64,000 bases of DNA from contig JBDRIY010000019.1 in the NCBI GenBank assembly GCA_043815445.1, positions 5,368 through 69,367 on the forward strand. Direction: 5' to 3'. Positions 49,644 to 58,304 of the stretch are shown one piece after another. Numbering within the stretch: the first letter of the stretch is position 1; every line of letters starts with the position of its first letter. Below the pieces are notes generated by a model. The model had not been told where the DNA came from and searched no databases. It worked only from the letters and a program-made list of their open reading frames with translations. The DNA comes from Candidatus Omnitrophota bacterium. GTDB lineage: Bacteria > Omnitrophota > Gorgyraeia > Duberdicusellales > 4484-171. The translations under genes and the position numbers were made by a program.

Positions 49644-50720
49644 TTAAATCCTTACTGCCTTCAGTACTTCCTTTATTTTGGCTTTAACAATCGTCGGGGA
49701 TTTTATATTTTTTATAGCAATTTGAGGATCTTTGAGGCCGTGGCCGGTAAGAGTGCAGATAATTATTATTTCTCTTTTCTCTTTCTTATAGCTATCAAAA
49801 AAACCTTTCTCATTCATCATAAATAACCCAGCCAGCGAAGCCGCTGAAGCCGGTTCAACAAAAACTCCTTCTTGTTTAGCCAAAAATTTATAAGCCGAAA
49901 GTATCTTAGCATCACTTACAGCATCAATCAACCCCTTGGATTCTTCTTTGGCGCCAAGCGCTTGATCCCAGCTTGCGGGATTGCCTATCTTGATTGCTGT
50001 AGCAATAGTCTTCGGATTTTTAACAGGATGCCCTTTAACAATAGGCGCGGACCCTTTTGCCTGAAAACCAAGCATACGCGGCAATGAATTTATTTTTTTA
50101 TAAGAATAATATTCTTTATAGCCCTTCCAATAAGCAGTAATATTGCCGGCATTGCCTACAGGCAAACAATGAAAATCAGGAGCTTTATCTAGATAATCAC
50201 AAATTTCAAAAGAAGCGGTTTTTTGGCCTTCAATACGATAAGGATTTATTGAGTTCACTAACTCTACCGGATATTTTTCGGAAATTTCCCTAACTATCTT
50301 CAAGGCCTGATCAAAATTTCCTTGAACTGCTACAACTTTAGCATTATGAATAAGAGCTTGAGATAGCTTTCCTAAAGCAATTGCTCCATCTGGTATTACA
50401 ACAATACATTTTAAATCTGCTTTTGCTGAAAAAGCTGCTGCCGAAGCCGAAGTATTCCCTGTAGAAGCGCAGATAACCGCCTTAGCTCCTTTTTCTTTTG
50501 CCTTGGAAATAGCCATAGTCATACCTCGATCCTTAAAAGAACCGGTAGGATTAAGCCCTTCATACTTAAGATAAACTCTAAAGTTAACGCCTATAACATT
50601 TGAAATTTTACGCGCGAGTATCAAAGGAGTATCCCCTTCCTGCAAGGTTATGATAGGAGTCTTATCCGTAACCGGAAGAAACCTCTTATACCTGTCAATT
50701 ACCCCATTGTACTGTTTCAT
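49644..50720 (-). CDS. thrC: Threonine synthase
   Basis: EGLNPTGSFKDRG, ASTGNTSAS, NSINPYRIEGQK and PVGNAGNI. ATG at 50720 preferred. Confidence 0.97.
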   Translation of the reverse strand: MKQYNGVIDRYKRFLPVTDKTPIITLQEGDTPLILARKISNVIGVNFRVYLKYEGLNPTGSFKDRGMTMAISKAKEKGAKAVICASTGNTSASAAAFSAKADLKCIVVIPDGAIALGKLSQALIHNAKVVAVQGNFDQALKIVREISEKYPVELVNSINPYRIEGQKTASFEICDYLDKAPDFHCLPVGNAGNITAYWKGYKEYYSYKKINSLPRMLGFQAKGSAPIVKGHPVKNPKTIATAIKIGNPASWDQALGAKEESKGLIDAVSDAKILSAYKFLAKQEGVFVEPASAASLAGLFMMNEKGFFDSYKKEKREIIIICTLTGHGLKDPQIAIKNIKSPTIVKAKIKEVLKAVRI

Positions 50721-50749
50721 CTTTGCACCTTCTCGTATAATATATTTAA

Positions 50750-50914
50750 ATAACCAATAAAAATGAATAACCAAGAAACAAGATACAAGATACAAACAAA
50801 TTCCAATCACCAATAATCAATCACCAAACAATTTAATTTGTTGTATTCTTTGGTTATTGGAATTTGATTTCATTGGTTATTGTTTGGTTATTGTATCTTG
50901 GTGTTTGGTTATTT
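50750..50914. repeat. Heptamer-periodic inverted repeat, AACCAAT/AAGATAC family
   Basis: AAGAAAC AAGATAC AAGATAC AAACAAAT ... GGTTATT GTATCTT GGTGTTT GGTTATT. Confidence 0.88.
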
Positions 50915-50945
50915 TTCATTTTACTCCATTACTTTAATCCGCGTC

Positions 50946-52217
50946 TTAAAGGTTTTCAATTCTTATCACCTGAGAAGGTATTTTTATTTCTTTAAAACCA
51001 TTAATCTCAGCAATAGCTTTTTCTATATGTTCCTCTTTAGCTTCATGAGTAATCATAATAATGGGAACAATTTTACCCCTTTTTCTCTGTTTTTGGGTAA
51101 CCGAAGCAATACTAATATTAAAAGATCCTAAAACCTTAGAAATTTTTGATAATACTCCAGGGCTATCATGAGCCATAAACCTTATATAATAACGAGTCTT
51201 AATATCTTTTATATTTCCAATAATAATCCCTTCACTTTCTTTTCTTGCTAATCCGGAACTGCCGCAAGCAATATCAACTATATCTGAAATAACCGCCGAA
51301 GAAGTAGGAACCCCCCCTGCTCCTTGTCCATAAAAAAGAAGCTCACCCGCGGGCTGAGTATCAAGATATATAGCGTTATAGGCTAAAGATACCTGCGATA
51401 AAGGATGTTCAACAGGAATCAGAGTTGGGTGCACGCGTAAATCAAGGGTTCGGCCTTTTTTCTTAGCAATTGCTAAAAGCTTAATACTATAGTTCATTTG
51501 AGCCGCATAAATAGTATCTAACAACGATATCCTTGAAATTCCCTGAGTATAAACTTTTTCCAATGAAGGCCATACTCCATAACAAAGATAACTTAAAATA
51601 CATAATTTATGGCAAGAATCTATTCCTTCAATATCTAAATCAGGCTTTTTTTCAGCTATACCCTTTGCCTGAGCTTGGCCAAGAGCAATTTTAAAATCAA
51701 TATTTTCTTTGGCCATTTTATAAAGAATATAGTTTGTTGTTCCATTAAGAATACCGTAAATCTTTTCTACATCACAGCAAATAAGCCCTTGAGATATGCT
51801 TTTTATAATAGGTATCGCCCCGCTAACACTAGCTTCAAAGCCAATATGCCTATCCTCAGATTTTGCCAAAGAAAAAATCTCACGGCCGCAAGATGCAAGA
51901 AGAGCTTTATTAGCTGTTACTACATCTTTACCTTTTTTTAAAGACTCTTTAATCAAAGCGCGGGCAGGCTCAATTCCTCCAATAAGCTCTACAATAATAT
52001 CAATTTGAGGATCATTTATCAATTCATAAGGATTAAGAGTGAAGGGCAGCTTTAATTTATCGGCAATTTTCTTTTTAGATTTATCAGCATCACAAACTTT
52101 TTTTATTTCTATCTTCGAAGATACACGGCGGCTAACTATAGATGAGTACTTTTTAAAAGACTTTATAGTTGCTTCTCCTACCGTTCCCATACCGATTATA
52201 CCTACTTTTTTTATCAT
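50946..52217 (-). CDS. hom: Homoserine dehydrogenase with C-terminal ACT domain
   Basis: GMGTVG, VVTANK, FEASV.G.IP, GILNGTTNYIL, G.GAG..PT and DSPGVL motifs. Confidence 0.96.
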   Translation of the reverse strand: MIKKVGIIGMGTVGEATIKSFKKYSSIVSRRVSSKIEIKKVCDADKSKKKIADKLKLPFTLNPYELINDPQIDIIVELIGGIEPARALIKESLKKGKDVVTANKALLASCGREIFSLAKSEDRHIGFEASVSGAIPIIKSISQGLICCDVEKIYGILNGTTNYILYKMAKENIDFKIALGQAQAKGIAEKKPDLDIEGIDSCHKLCILSYLCYGVWPSLEKVYTQGISRISLLDTIYAAQMNYSIKLLAIAKKKGRTLDLRVHPTLIPVEHPLSQVSLAYNAIYLDTQPAGELLFYGQGAGGVPTSSAVISDIVDIACGSSGLARKESEGIIIGNIKDIKTRYYIRFMAHDSPGVLSKISKVLGSFNISIASVTQKQRKRGKIVPIIMITHEAKEEHIEKAIAEINGFKEIKIPSQVIRIENL

Positions 52218-52567
52218 TGTTTTAAATTCTCCTCAACAAATCGGCCCAGCTTTTTAAAAAATTCCTTATCCAAATCTAAAAATTTAACTCTGGTTTCATA
52301 AATCAAATTCTTGACGATCTCTCTAGAACCAACAACTTCTCCGATAATTTCTATTTTCTGCTCTATAAAAGGAAATCTCATAACTATCACTAACTGATTG
52401 CCTTGGTCAAATTCCCTATTAGTAGTAAGCAGCATTCCGCCGTTGCTAATATTTCTTGTCTGAGTAAGATCACAATCTTCAAGCTTTTTACCAACCCTGT
52501 AGCTAGCCACAAAACTAGCCTTTATTCTCAAATGCCTTCTTTTTTCTTTACCTTCATATTCACCCAT
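52214..52567 (-). CDS. PilZ domain protein
   Basis: EKRRHLR (RxxxR) and NISNGG (D/NxSxxG) motifs. Confidence 0.9.
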   Translation of the reverse strand: MGEYEGKEKRRHLRIKASFVASYRVGKKLEDCDLTQTRNISNGGMLLTTNREFDQGNQLVIVMRFPFIEQKIEIIGEVVGSREIVKNLIYETRVKFLDLDKEFFKKLGRFVEENLKQ

Positions 52568-52834
52568 CCTACCCCCTTTACTAAATTTTCAATACTTGAT
52601 TTTCGATAATCCTTTTATCCAATCCGAAATTTTCTTTCCCTTCTAACAATTAATTTGTGTAGGGGCGGGTCACGACCTGCCCGTTACTATTTATTAATAT
52701 TCATCGGGAGAGTGGGATTCGTATGCAATCTCCGGTAAAACCGGAGCGTCCGAAGAACTCTTCATTGCATCCGAAGCCTTCTCACCTTGCCAAAAACTAA
52801 ATTAAAAAACTATCACTCTTACTTGAGCTGAATA

Positions 52835-52910
52835 TCGGGAGAGTGGGATTCGAACCCACGGCCCCTTGCACCCCATGCAAGTGCGCTAATCCAAGCTGCG
52901 CCACCTCCCG
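52835..52910 (-). tRNA. tRNA-Pro(GGG)
   Basis: CGGGAG/CTCCCG acceptor, CTTGC-ATGGGGT-GCAAG anticodon arm, GGTTCGAATCC. Confidence 0.95.
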
Positions 52911-52978
52911 GCAGTCAAAAAAACTAATTTATTAAGGAATTCTAACATGGTTTAAGGCAGGTATCAAGCGCGATTTTG

Positions 52979-53425
52979 CTATTCCCCCGCATCCTTATCC
53001 AGCGCGGGTCCTTCTTCATCCTTAATTTCTCTTACCTTACCATCAAAAAAATGCACAAACAAACATTCATCTTCCTCAAAATAATAGCTCCAAACCTCAT
53101 TCTTGCCCTTAGAAAAAATATAATCAGGAGTGCCCCAAATATCCATAACCGTGGTTACAGTAGAGCCTTTTTCAATATCTCCATAAGGAGTACAGATAAT
53201 AGTAGGTTTATCAGCCTTACCTTGAAACTTCTCAAGAAAAGTAGGAATATTTTTTTCTTCTGTTATTTCAGAAAAACAAACCGGCAGAAAAAAAGCTAAA
53301 ATCAAACTCAATAAAAAAATAAACCCCGTTAGAAAATTTAGAAGGGACTTTGAGCCCCTTCCAAATTGTTCTTCTTTTAACTCTCCCCTGAAGGAAAGAG
53401 CCTTTTCTAACAGGGTAAACTTCAT
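52979..53425 (-). CDS. Exported hypothetical protein (BamE/SmpA-like GxPD motif) with a 32-codon palindromic insert in its signal peptide
   Basis: GSTVTTVMDIWGTPD...EVWSYY. Removing the insert gives the signal peptide MKFIFLLSLILAFFLPVCFS. Confidence 0.65.
   Translation of the reverse strand: MKFTLLEKALSFRGELKEEQFGRGSKSLLNFLTGFIFLLSLILAFFLPVCFSEITEEKNIPTFLEKFQGKADKPTIICTPYGDIEKGSTVTTVMDIWGTPDYIFSKGKNEVWSYYFEEDECLFVHFFDGKVREIKDEEGPALDKDAGE
53320..53419. repeat. In-frame palindromic insert in the exported-protein gene (96 bp unit)
   Basis: TAAA-CCCCGTTAGAAAA...TTTTCTAACAGGG-TAAA; repeats are 96 nt apart. Confidence 0.85.
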
Positions 53426-53459
53426 ACTAAAGTAATTATAACAGAAAATTAATTATTAG

Positions 53460-54164
53460 TTAAGCAGGTTTTTGAGGTTGCATTACAAGCAAATGGCCGT
53501 TATCTTTTAGCCATTTTCTGGATTTTTGATAATTAGGATACATTATTTTAACTATATTCCAGAAACTTTTAGAGTGATTTCTTTCTCTTAAGTGGGCAAT
53601 TTCATGCACTACTACATAATCAATAATCTCTAAAGGAGCCATAATCAGCCGCCAGCTAAAGTTTAAATTCCCTCTGCTGCTGCAAGAACCCCAGCGATAT
53701 TGAGCAGAAGTAATATTTATTTTATTATACGAAGCTTCTCCCGCCGAAACATAAAAATTTACCCGTTGTTTTAATTTTTCATAAGCATTTTCGCGGTACC
53801 AACTAGTAAAAAGGCCCTCACGAGAGCCTAAATAATATTTAGACAAAAAAAATCCATTATTTAAGATTAAATTAGGTTTTTTTATCTCGCTTAAGTATAG
53901 TTTATACTTTTGCCCCAAATACAAAAATTCTTCTCCCGGTATAAACTCCTTTTTAACTATAGCTTTATTCTTACGCTCAATTAGCTCTTTCTTTTTTAAA
54001 ATCCAAAATCTTTTTTCAAAAATTACCCTATTAAGGCGGGTTTTACTGACAAAAAAAGGAGCCCGCACTATTAAACAGCCGTCGGGCTTAATTTGTAAAG
54101 CAACGGTCTTGCGGCTAGTTCTGATAATTTTTGCTATTTTTAAGGAATTTTTGCTTGAAAACAT
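53460..54164 (-). CDS. YgjP/M48 (SprT-like) zinc metallo-hydrolase
   Basis: RKTVAL, GEEFLYLG, RWGSCS and DYVVVHEIAH..E.NHS..FW motifs. Confidence 0.92.
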   Translation of the reverse strand: MFSSKNSLKIAKIIRTSRKTVALQIKPDGCLIVRAPFFVSKTRLNRVIFEKRFWILKKKELIERKNKAIVKKEFIPGEEFLYLGQKYKLYLSEIKKPNLILNNGFFLSKYYLGSREGLFTSWYRENAYEKLKQRVNFYVSAGEASYNKINITSAQYRWGSCSSRGNLNFSWRLIMAPLEIIDYVVVHEIAHLRERNHSKSFWNIVKIMYPNYQKSRKWLKDNGHLLVMQPQKPA

Positions 54165-54329
54165 ACCTGATTCTATGGTATATTAAAATTATAAAAGGGT
54201 TTGAGGATTCAATTCAACCAAACCAAGGGGGTGAAGAACCCCCTATTTTTTTTAAAAATCACTTAACAATTTTCAATTAGCAATTAACAATTAACAATTT
54301 AAAATGTTAATTGATAATTGCTAAATTAT

Positions 54330-55337
54330 CTATGTAATTCTTTCCGCTTTCAGAGGCCTTGTCATCAAATCTGCTACAGCTTTCTTGGGAGATTTATCTT
54401 TATAAAGAACGTTATAAACTTCTCTTGTGATGGGCATATCTATATTTAGTTTTTTACTTAAAAGATAAGCTGATTTTATGGTTTCAACCCCCTCCGCCAC
54501 CATCTTCATTTTACTTATAATTTCAGTTAACTTCTTGCCTTTGCCTATCTGTTCTCCTACCGACCTATTGCGCGAATATGGAGAAAAACAAGTCGTCACT
54601 AAGTCTCCTAAGCCGCTTATCCCCCAAAAAGTTGAAGAAACCGCCCCTAATTTTTTTCCTAAGCGGGTAATTTCCGTTAATCCTCTGGTTACTAACGCGG
54701 CTTTAGTATTAGCTCCGAAGCCCAAGCCATCTGAAATACCGCAAGCAATAGCAATTATATTTTTAAGCGCGCCTCCCAGCTCCGTACCCGTGATATCACC
54801 GCATAAATAAACTCTGAATACAGGATTAGTGAATAATACCTGTAGTTTTTCGCCGAAATTCTTATTTGAACAAGCTAAAATGGCGGCGGAAGGTACACCT
54901 GCTAATACTTCTTTAGCGATATTAGGGCCGGATAGAACAGCGATTGCCGGAGCACTTAACTCTTCTTTTATTATTTGAGACACTCTTTTTAAAGATTTAG
55001 CTTCTATGCCTTTGCTTATACTGACAATAATCTTGTTTTTAAAAGAGATCTTTTGCGCTTTAATTTTTTTTAATGAACTTCGGAGATATTTAACGGGAAT
55101 CGCGATTATTATTACTTCATTTTTTAGCGTTTCTTTTAGGCAAGGATTTACAGATAAAGTAGAAGGAAATTTCGCGCCTTTTAAAAAAAGACGATTTTGC
55201 CTCTCCTTTCGCATTTGGAGGTTATGTTCGGCGAACATACTGTGGAGTTCTACGGCTATGCCTTTTTTAGAAAGAACAATCGCTAAAGTAGTCCCCCAAC
55301 TCCCCGCGCCGATTATAGAGATTTTTTCTCTCACCAT
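54330..55337 (-). CDS. gpsA: NAD(P)H-dependent glycerol-3-phosphate dehydrogenase
   Basis: GAGSWGT, SKGIE, LSGPNIA, GGALKNIIAI and GLGDLVTTC.S..SRN motifs. Confidence 0.97.
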   Translation of the reverse strand: MVREKISIIGAGSWGTTLAIVLSKKGIAVELHSMFAEHNLQMRKERQNRLFLKGAKFPSTLSVNPCLKETLKNEVIIIAIPVKYLRSSLKKIKAQKISFKNKIIVSISKGIEAKSLKRVSQIIKEELSAPAIAVLSGPNIAKEVLAGVPSAAILACSNKNFGEKLQVLFTNPVFRVYLCGDITGTELGGALKNIIAIACGISDGLGFGANTKAALVTRGLTEITRLGKKLGAVSSTFWGISGLGDLVTTCFSPYSRNRSVGEQIGKGKKLTEIISKMKMVAEGVETIKSAYLLSKKLNIDMPITREVYNVLYKDKSPKKAVADLMTRPLKAERIT

Positions 55338-55409
55338 ATTATACTGAGTATTTCTTCTCTATCCTCCTAAAACAAACTGCGAACTACAAACAACAAACTA
55401 CAATTTAAA

Positions 55410-55480
55410 AGCGGGCGATCGGGATCGAACCGACATAACAGGCTTGGAAGGCCTATATTCTACCATTGAACTACGCCCGC
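55410..55480 (-). tRNA. tRNA-Gly(TCC)
   Basis: GCGGGCG/CGCCCGC acceptor, TAGGC-CTTCCAA-GCCTG anticodon arm, GGTTCGATCCC. Confidence 0.95.
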
Positions 55481-55535
55481 AATTTTATTTTTAGTTAAAA
55501 ACTACAACATTCTTCAGCTGAATTTTTACAAAGAA

Positions 55536-56354
55536 TTATACCGAATCTTCTATAGGCCTGACTGTAACCAATACTACATTCTCTTCTTTTGAATACTTAC
55601 TCATTTCGTACTTTCCAGTATCTTTAAGCTCTTCGGCCACCTGCTGTATTTTATCTTTATTGTCTTCCCCTATCCCGTGTATATTGATGAATTTACTACC
55701 ATATCTTTTACGTTTTTCTATCTCCAATTTTATATCATCTACTGACATGCGATAATTCACAAAAATCGTGAAAGGTAGCTCGTTAACTATTAGCTCATAA
55801 GCTACTCTAAATTTCTCCGTTGCTAAATTGACATCCTTGTGAAATTGCTTAAAGGCGTTATACAAAGGAATTAGAAAATCTTTTACATAATTTTCAGAAC
55901 ATAAATTTGCTATATTTCTACCTTTCTCTCCATATTTCTGCATAATCTCATATTTAAGCTTTTTAACTTCCTCTCGCCTACCAGTGTTATGCTTGCTCCT
56001 TAAATATAAAGCTGCTCTCCAAATATTTATCTCTTCTGCTGATATTTTAGGCCTTAAAAAGGCTAATATTTCTTTAGCTTCTACAGAACCGCTCTCTTTT
56101 TTAAAATCCTCTGCTTTTAATTTAGTATCTTCAGTAAGCAAAGTATAGTTTTCTTTTAAGGCCAAAGGAAGTATTTCTTTTAATCCTTGCTCTTCTTCTT
56201 TGCTTAAACTATTTAGATTAACTATAGTTTTCGAAGAATCATTATGTATAATCTTCTTACTATTATCTAGCTTTCCAATATGTATTAAGGATATATGTTC
56301 GGGGAGTTTAATATTGATGGGGAAGATTTTCTTTAGAATCTCTAAGAAGGTCAT
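55536..56354 (-). CDS. Hypothetical protein
   Basis: 272-aa ORF with no recognised domain; second gene of the insert between tRNA-Tyr and tRNA-Gly. Confidence 0.75.
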   Translation of the reverse strand: MTFLEILKKIFPINIKLPEHISLIHIGKLDNSKKIIHNDSSKTIVNLNSLSKEEEQGLKEILPLALKENYTLLTEDTKLKAEDFKKESGSVEAKEILAFLRPKISAEEINIWRAALYLRSKHNTGRREEVKKLKYEIMQKYGEKGRNIANLCSENYVKDFLIPLYNAFKQFHKDVNLATEKFRVAYELIVNELPFTIFVNYRMSVDDIKLEIEKRKRYGSKFINIHGIGEDNKDKIQQVAEELKDTGKYEMSKYSKEENVVLVTVRPIEDSV

Positions 56355-56366
56355 ACATATATAAAT

Positions 56367-56603
56367 TTACTGATTCATGGAATCGACTAATTCTATAATA
56401 GAGTTTATGTCAGATTTAACAAAAACTAAGGAACCTCTCCTTATCCCCGCAAAATGCTCAAATTCTACTGGCTCACCATCAGATCCCGGAATTCTCTCAC
56501 CAGTATCCTTTTCAATGATATAGCCGTCTCTATCCACATCTTTATTGAAAAAATGAAGAATTTCAATCTTCGCTTCTTTACTAAAAGTTATCACTTTTTC
56601 CAT
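56367..56603 (-). CDS. Small hypothetical protein
   Basis: 78-aa ORF 12 nt upstream of the 272-aa ORF, downstream of its own promoter. Confidence 0.7.
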   Translation of the reverse strand: MEKVITFSKEAKIEILHFFNKDVDRDGYIIEKDTGERIPGSDGEPVEFEHFAGIRRGSLVFVKSDINSIIELVDSMNQ

Positions 56604-56640
56604 AATTTACTCAAATTCCTTAATATTATTTTACCACAAA

Positions 56641-56669
56641 ATGATACATTCAACAGGAACAATTGTCAA
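56641..56669 (-). promoter_or_regulatory. Sigma70 promoter of the two-gene insert
   Basis: TTGACA (56669-56664), 17-nt spacer, TATCAT (56646-56641). Confidence 0.65.
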
Positions 56670-56677
56670 GAAAAAAA

Positions 56678-56760
56678 TGGGCAGGGAAGGATTTGAACCT
56701 TCGAAGCGCAAGCGCAACAGATTTACAGTCTGTCCCCTTTGGCCACTTGGGTACCTGCCC
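56678..56760 (-). tRNA. tRNA-Tyr(GTA)
   Basis: GGGCAGG/CCTGCCC acceptor, ACAGA-CTGTAAA-TCTGT anticodon arm, long variable arm. Confidence 0.96.
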
Positions 56761-56785
56761 ATATTTCAATTTTATATTATAAAAA

Positions 56786-56858
56786 AGCCGGCGAGAGGGA
56801 TCGAACCCCCGACAACAGGTTTACAAAACCCGTGCTCTACCAACTGAGCTACGCCGGC
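56786..56858 (-). tRNA. tRNA-Thr(TGT)
   Basis: GCCGGCG/CGCCGGC acceptor, TAGCTCAGTTGGTAGAGC D-arm, CGGGT-TTTGTAA-ACCTG anticodon arm. Confidence 0.96.
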
Positions 56859-56859
56859 A

Positions 56860-57708
56860 TTATTTACTTTTCTTTATTGCCTCAGGCAAGTATTCAATTA
56901 CGTCTGAAGCGATAAGACAATTTTGAGTTTTATCCTTTACGGCTAAATCAGCAGATAGCCCGTGTAAATAAACTCCGAATTTCGCGGCCTCAAAACAACT
57001 TAACCCCTGAGAAACTAAACCGGAAATCATTCCTGCTAAAACGTCTCCTGTGCCGGCTGTTGCCATACCTGGATTCCCGGTTGTATTTTTATAGAGCTTT
57101 TTACCGTCACTTACCAAAGTGTGCCAACCCTTAAGGACAAGAGTTAGATTATATCTGAGAGCAAACTTTTTGACAAGTTCTTTTCTTCTCTTTCCAATCT
57201 CGCTCTTGTCTATTTTTATCAGCCGGGAAAATTCGCCCGGATGCGGAGTTAAGATAAGCTTACTTGTCTTTCTTTTATTTAAAATATCTATATTTGAAGC
57301 CAAAGCGGTTATTCCATCAGCATCAACTATTATAGGCTTATCTATTTCTTTTATTATCTTAATAGCTAAATTTTGAGTACCAAGTTTAAGCCCCGCCCCC
57401 GGCCCTAAAACAATAACATCAATTTTATCTAAAATATCAATAACCTTCTCGAAAGCCCCTAAAGCAAGGCTGTCTTCAGCTTCTTCCAAAGGTAAACTCA
57501 TCACTTCAGTAAGCTTAATTTCAAGAATACTATTTAAGCTTCGAGGTACTCCCGCTGTTACCAGCCCTGCTCCTATCCTTAAACCTGCTTTAGCCGCGAG
57601 GCATACCGCTCCGGTTAAGCCTGGTGAGCCTCCTAAAACTAAAATATGTCCGTAATCCCCTTTATGGGTATCAGATTTTCTTTTGAGCAACCGCGCAGGC
57701 AACCGCAT
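56860..57708 (-). CDS. nnrD: NAD(P)H-hydrate dehydratase (stand-alone NnrD)
   Basis: HKGDYG, GAGLV, VDADG, LTPHPGEFSRL, LKG and GNPGMATAGTGDVLAG. No epimerase domain. Confidence 0.94.
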   Translation of the reverse strand: MRLPARLLKRKSDTHKGDYGHILVLGGSPGLTGAVCLAAKAGLRIGAGLVTAGVPRSLNSILEIKLTEVMSLPLEEAEDSLALGAFEKVIDILDKIDVIVLGPGAGLKLGTQNLAIKIIKEIDKPIIVDADGITALASNIDILNKRKTSKLILTPHPGEFSRLIKIDKSEIGKRRKELVKKFALRYNLTLVLKGWHTLVSDGKKLYKNTTGNPGMATAGTGDVLAGMISGLVSQGLSCFEAAKFGVYLHGLSADLAVKDKTQNCLIASDVIEYLPEAIKKSK

Positions 57709-58024
57709 AATCTTCAATATGAGTTATAGAAAGAAAAATGTCTATATTTATATTTTTTTTGAACTTACAATAAGGCGCGCCATTGGCTTTATTAAGTATT
57801 AAGATATCAGTTAAGGCGAGAGGCTGTTCTTTAGAGATAGCTTTTATTACCGCTTCTTTAGCGGCAAAGCGGGCCGCGATACGCTGATAATACATCTTAG
57901 CCTGAGGAATATTCTTAAGTTCTTCATGATTAAACACACGCTCAAGAAACCTCTCCCCCAATTTCTCTATAGAACTTTTAATCTTTTCTATTTTTATTAT
58001 ATCTATTCCTACACCAATAATCAT
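57671..58024 (-). CDS. acpS: Holo-[acyl-carrier-protein] synthase
   Basis: GVGIDII, AARFAAKEA..KA and SITH...YAVA motifs. Confidence 0.96.
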   Translation of the reverse strand: MIIGVGIDIIKIEKIKSSIEKLGERFLERVFNHEELKNIPQAKMYYQRIAARFAAKEAVIKAISKEQPLALTDILILNKANGAPYCKFKKNINIDIFLSITHIEDYAVACAVAQKKI

Positions 58025-58122
58025 AATTAATTATTTCTAAAATTCCTAATCGGCCTAATTACTCTAATTTCTAACCGTCAGGCCTACTTGGTCAAATTCC
58101 AAAATATAATATATTAAAAATT

Positions 58123-58259
58123 AAAATTCCAAGCTCCAAGCACCAAATCCCAAATAAATTCCAATAATCAAATTCCAAACAAAGAATTCTTTGTTTCGAT
58201 CATTGGAGCTTTGGTAATTGGAATTTATTTGTCCTTTGGAATTTGTTATTTGGAATTTC
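58123..58259. repeat. Heptamer-periodic inverted repeat, AAATTCC family
   Basis: Same arms, nested inside an outer CTAATT.CTCTAATT...AATTAGAG.AATTAG palindrome (about 58054-58287). Confidence 0.88.
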
Positions 58260-58304
58260 ATTTCTTTAGGTTAATTAGAGCAATTAGAAGTTATTAATTG
58301 AACC

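Noticed and set aside
56641-56847. 68-aa plus-strand ORF
   Set aside because: Antisense to tRNA-Tyr and tRNA-Thr; spurious.
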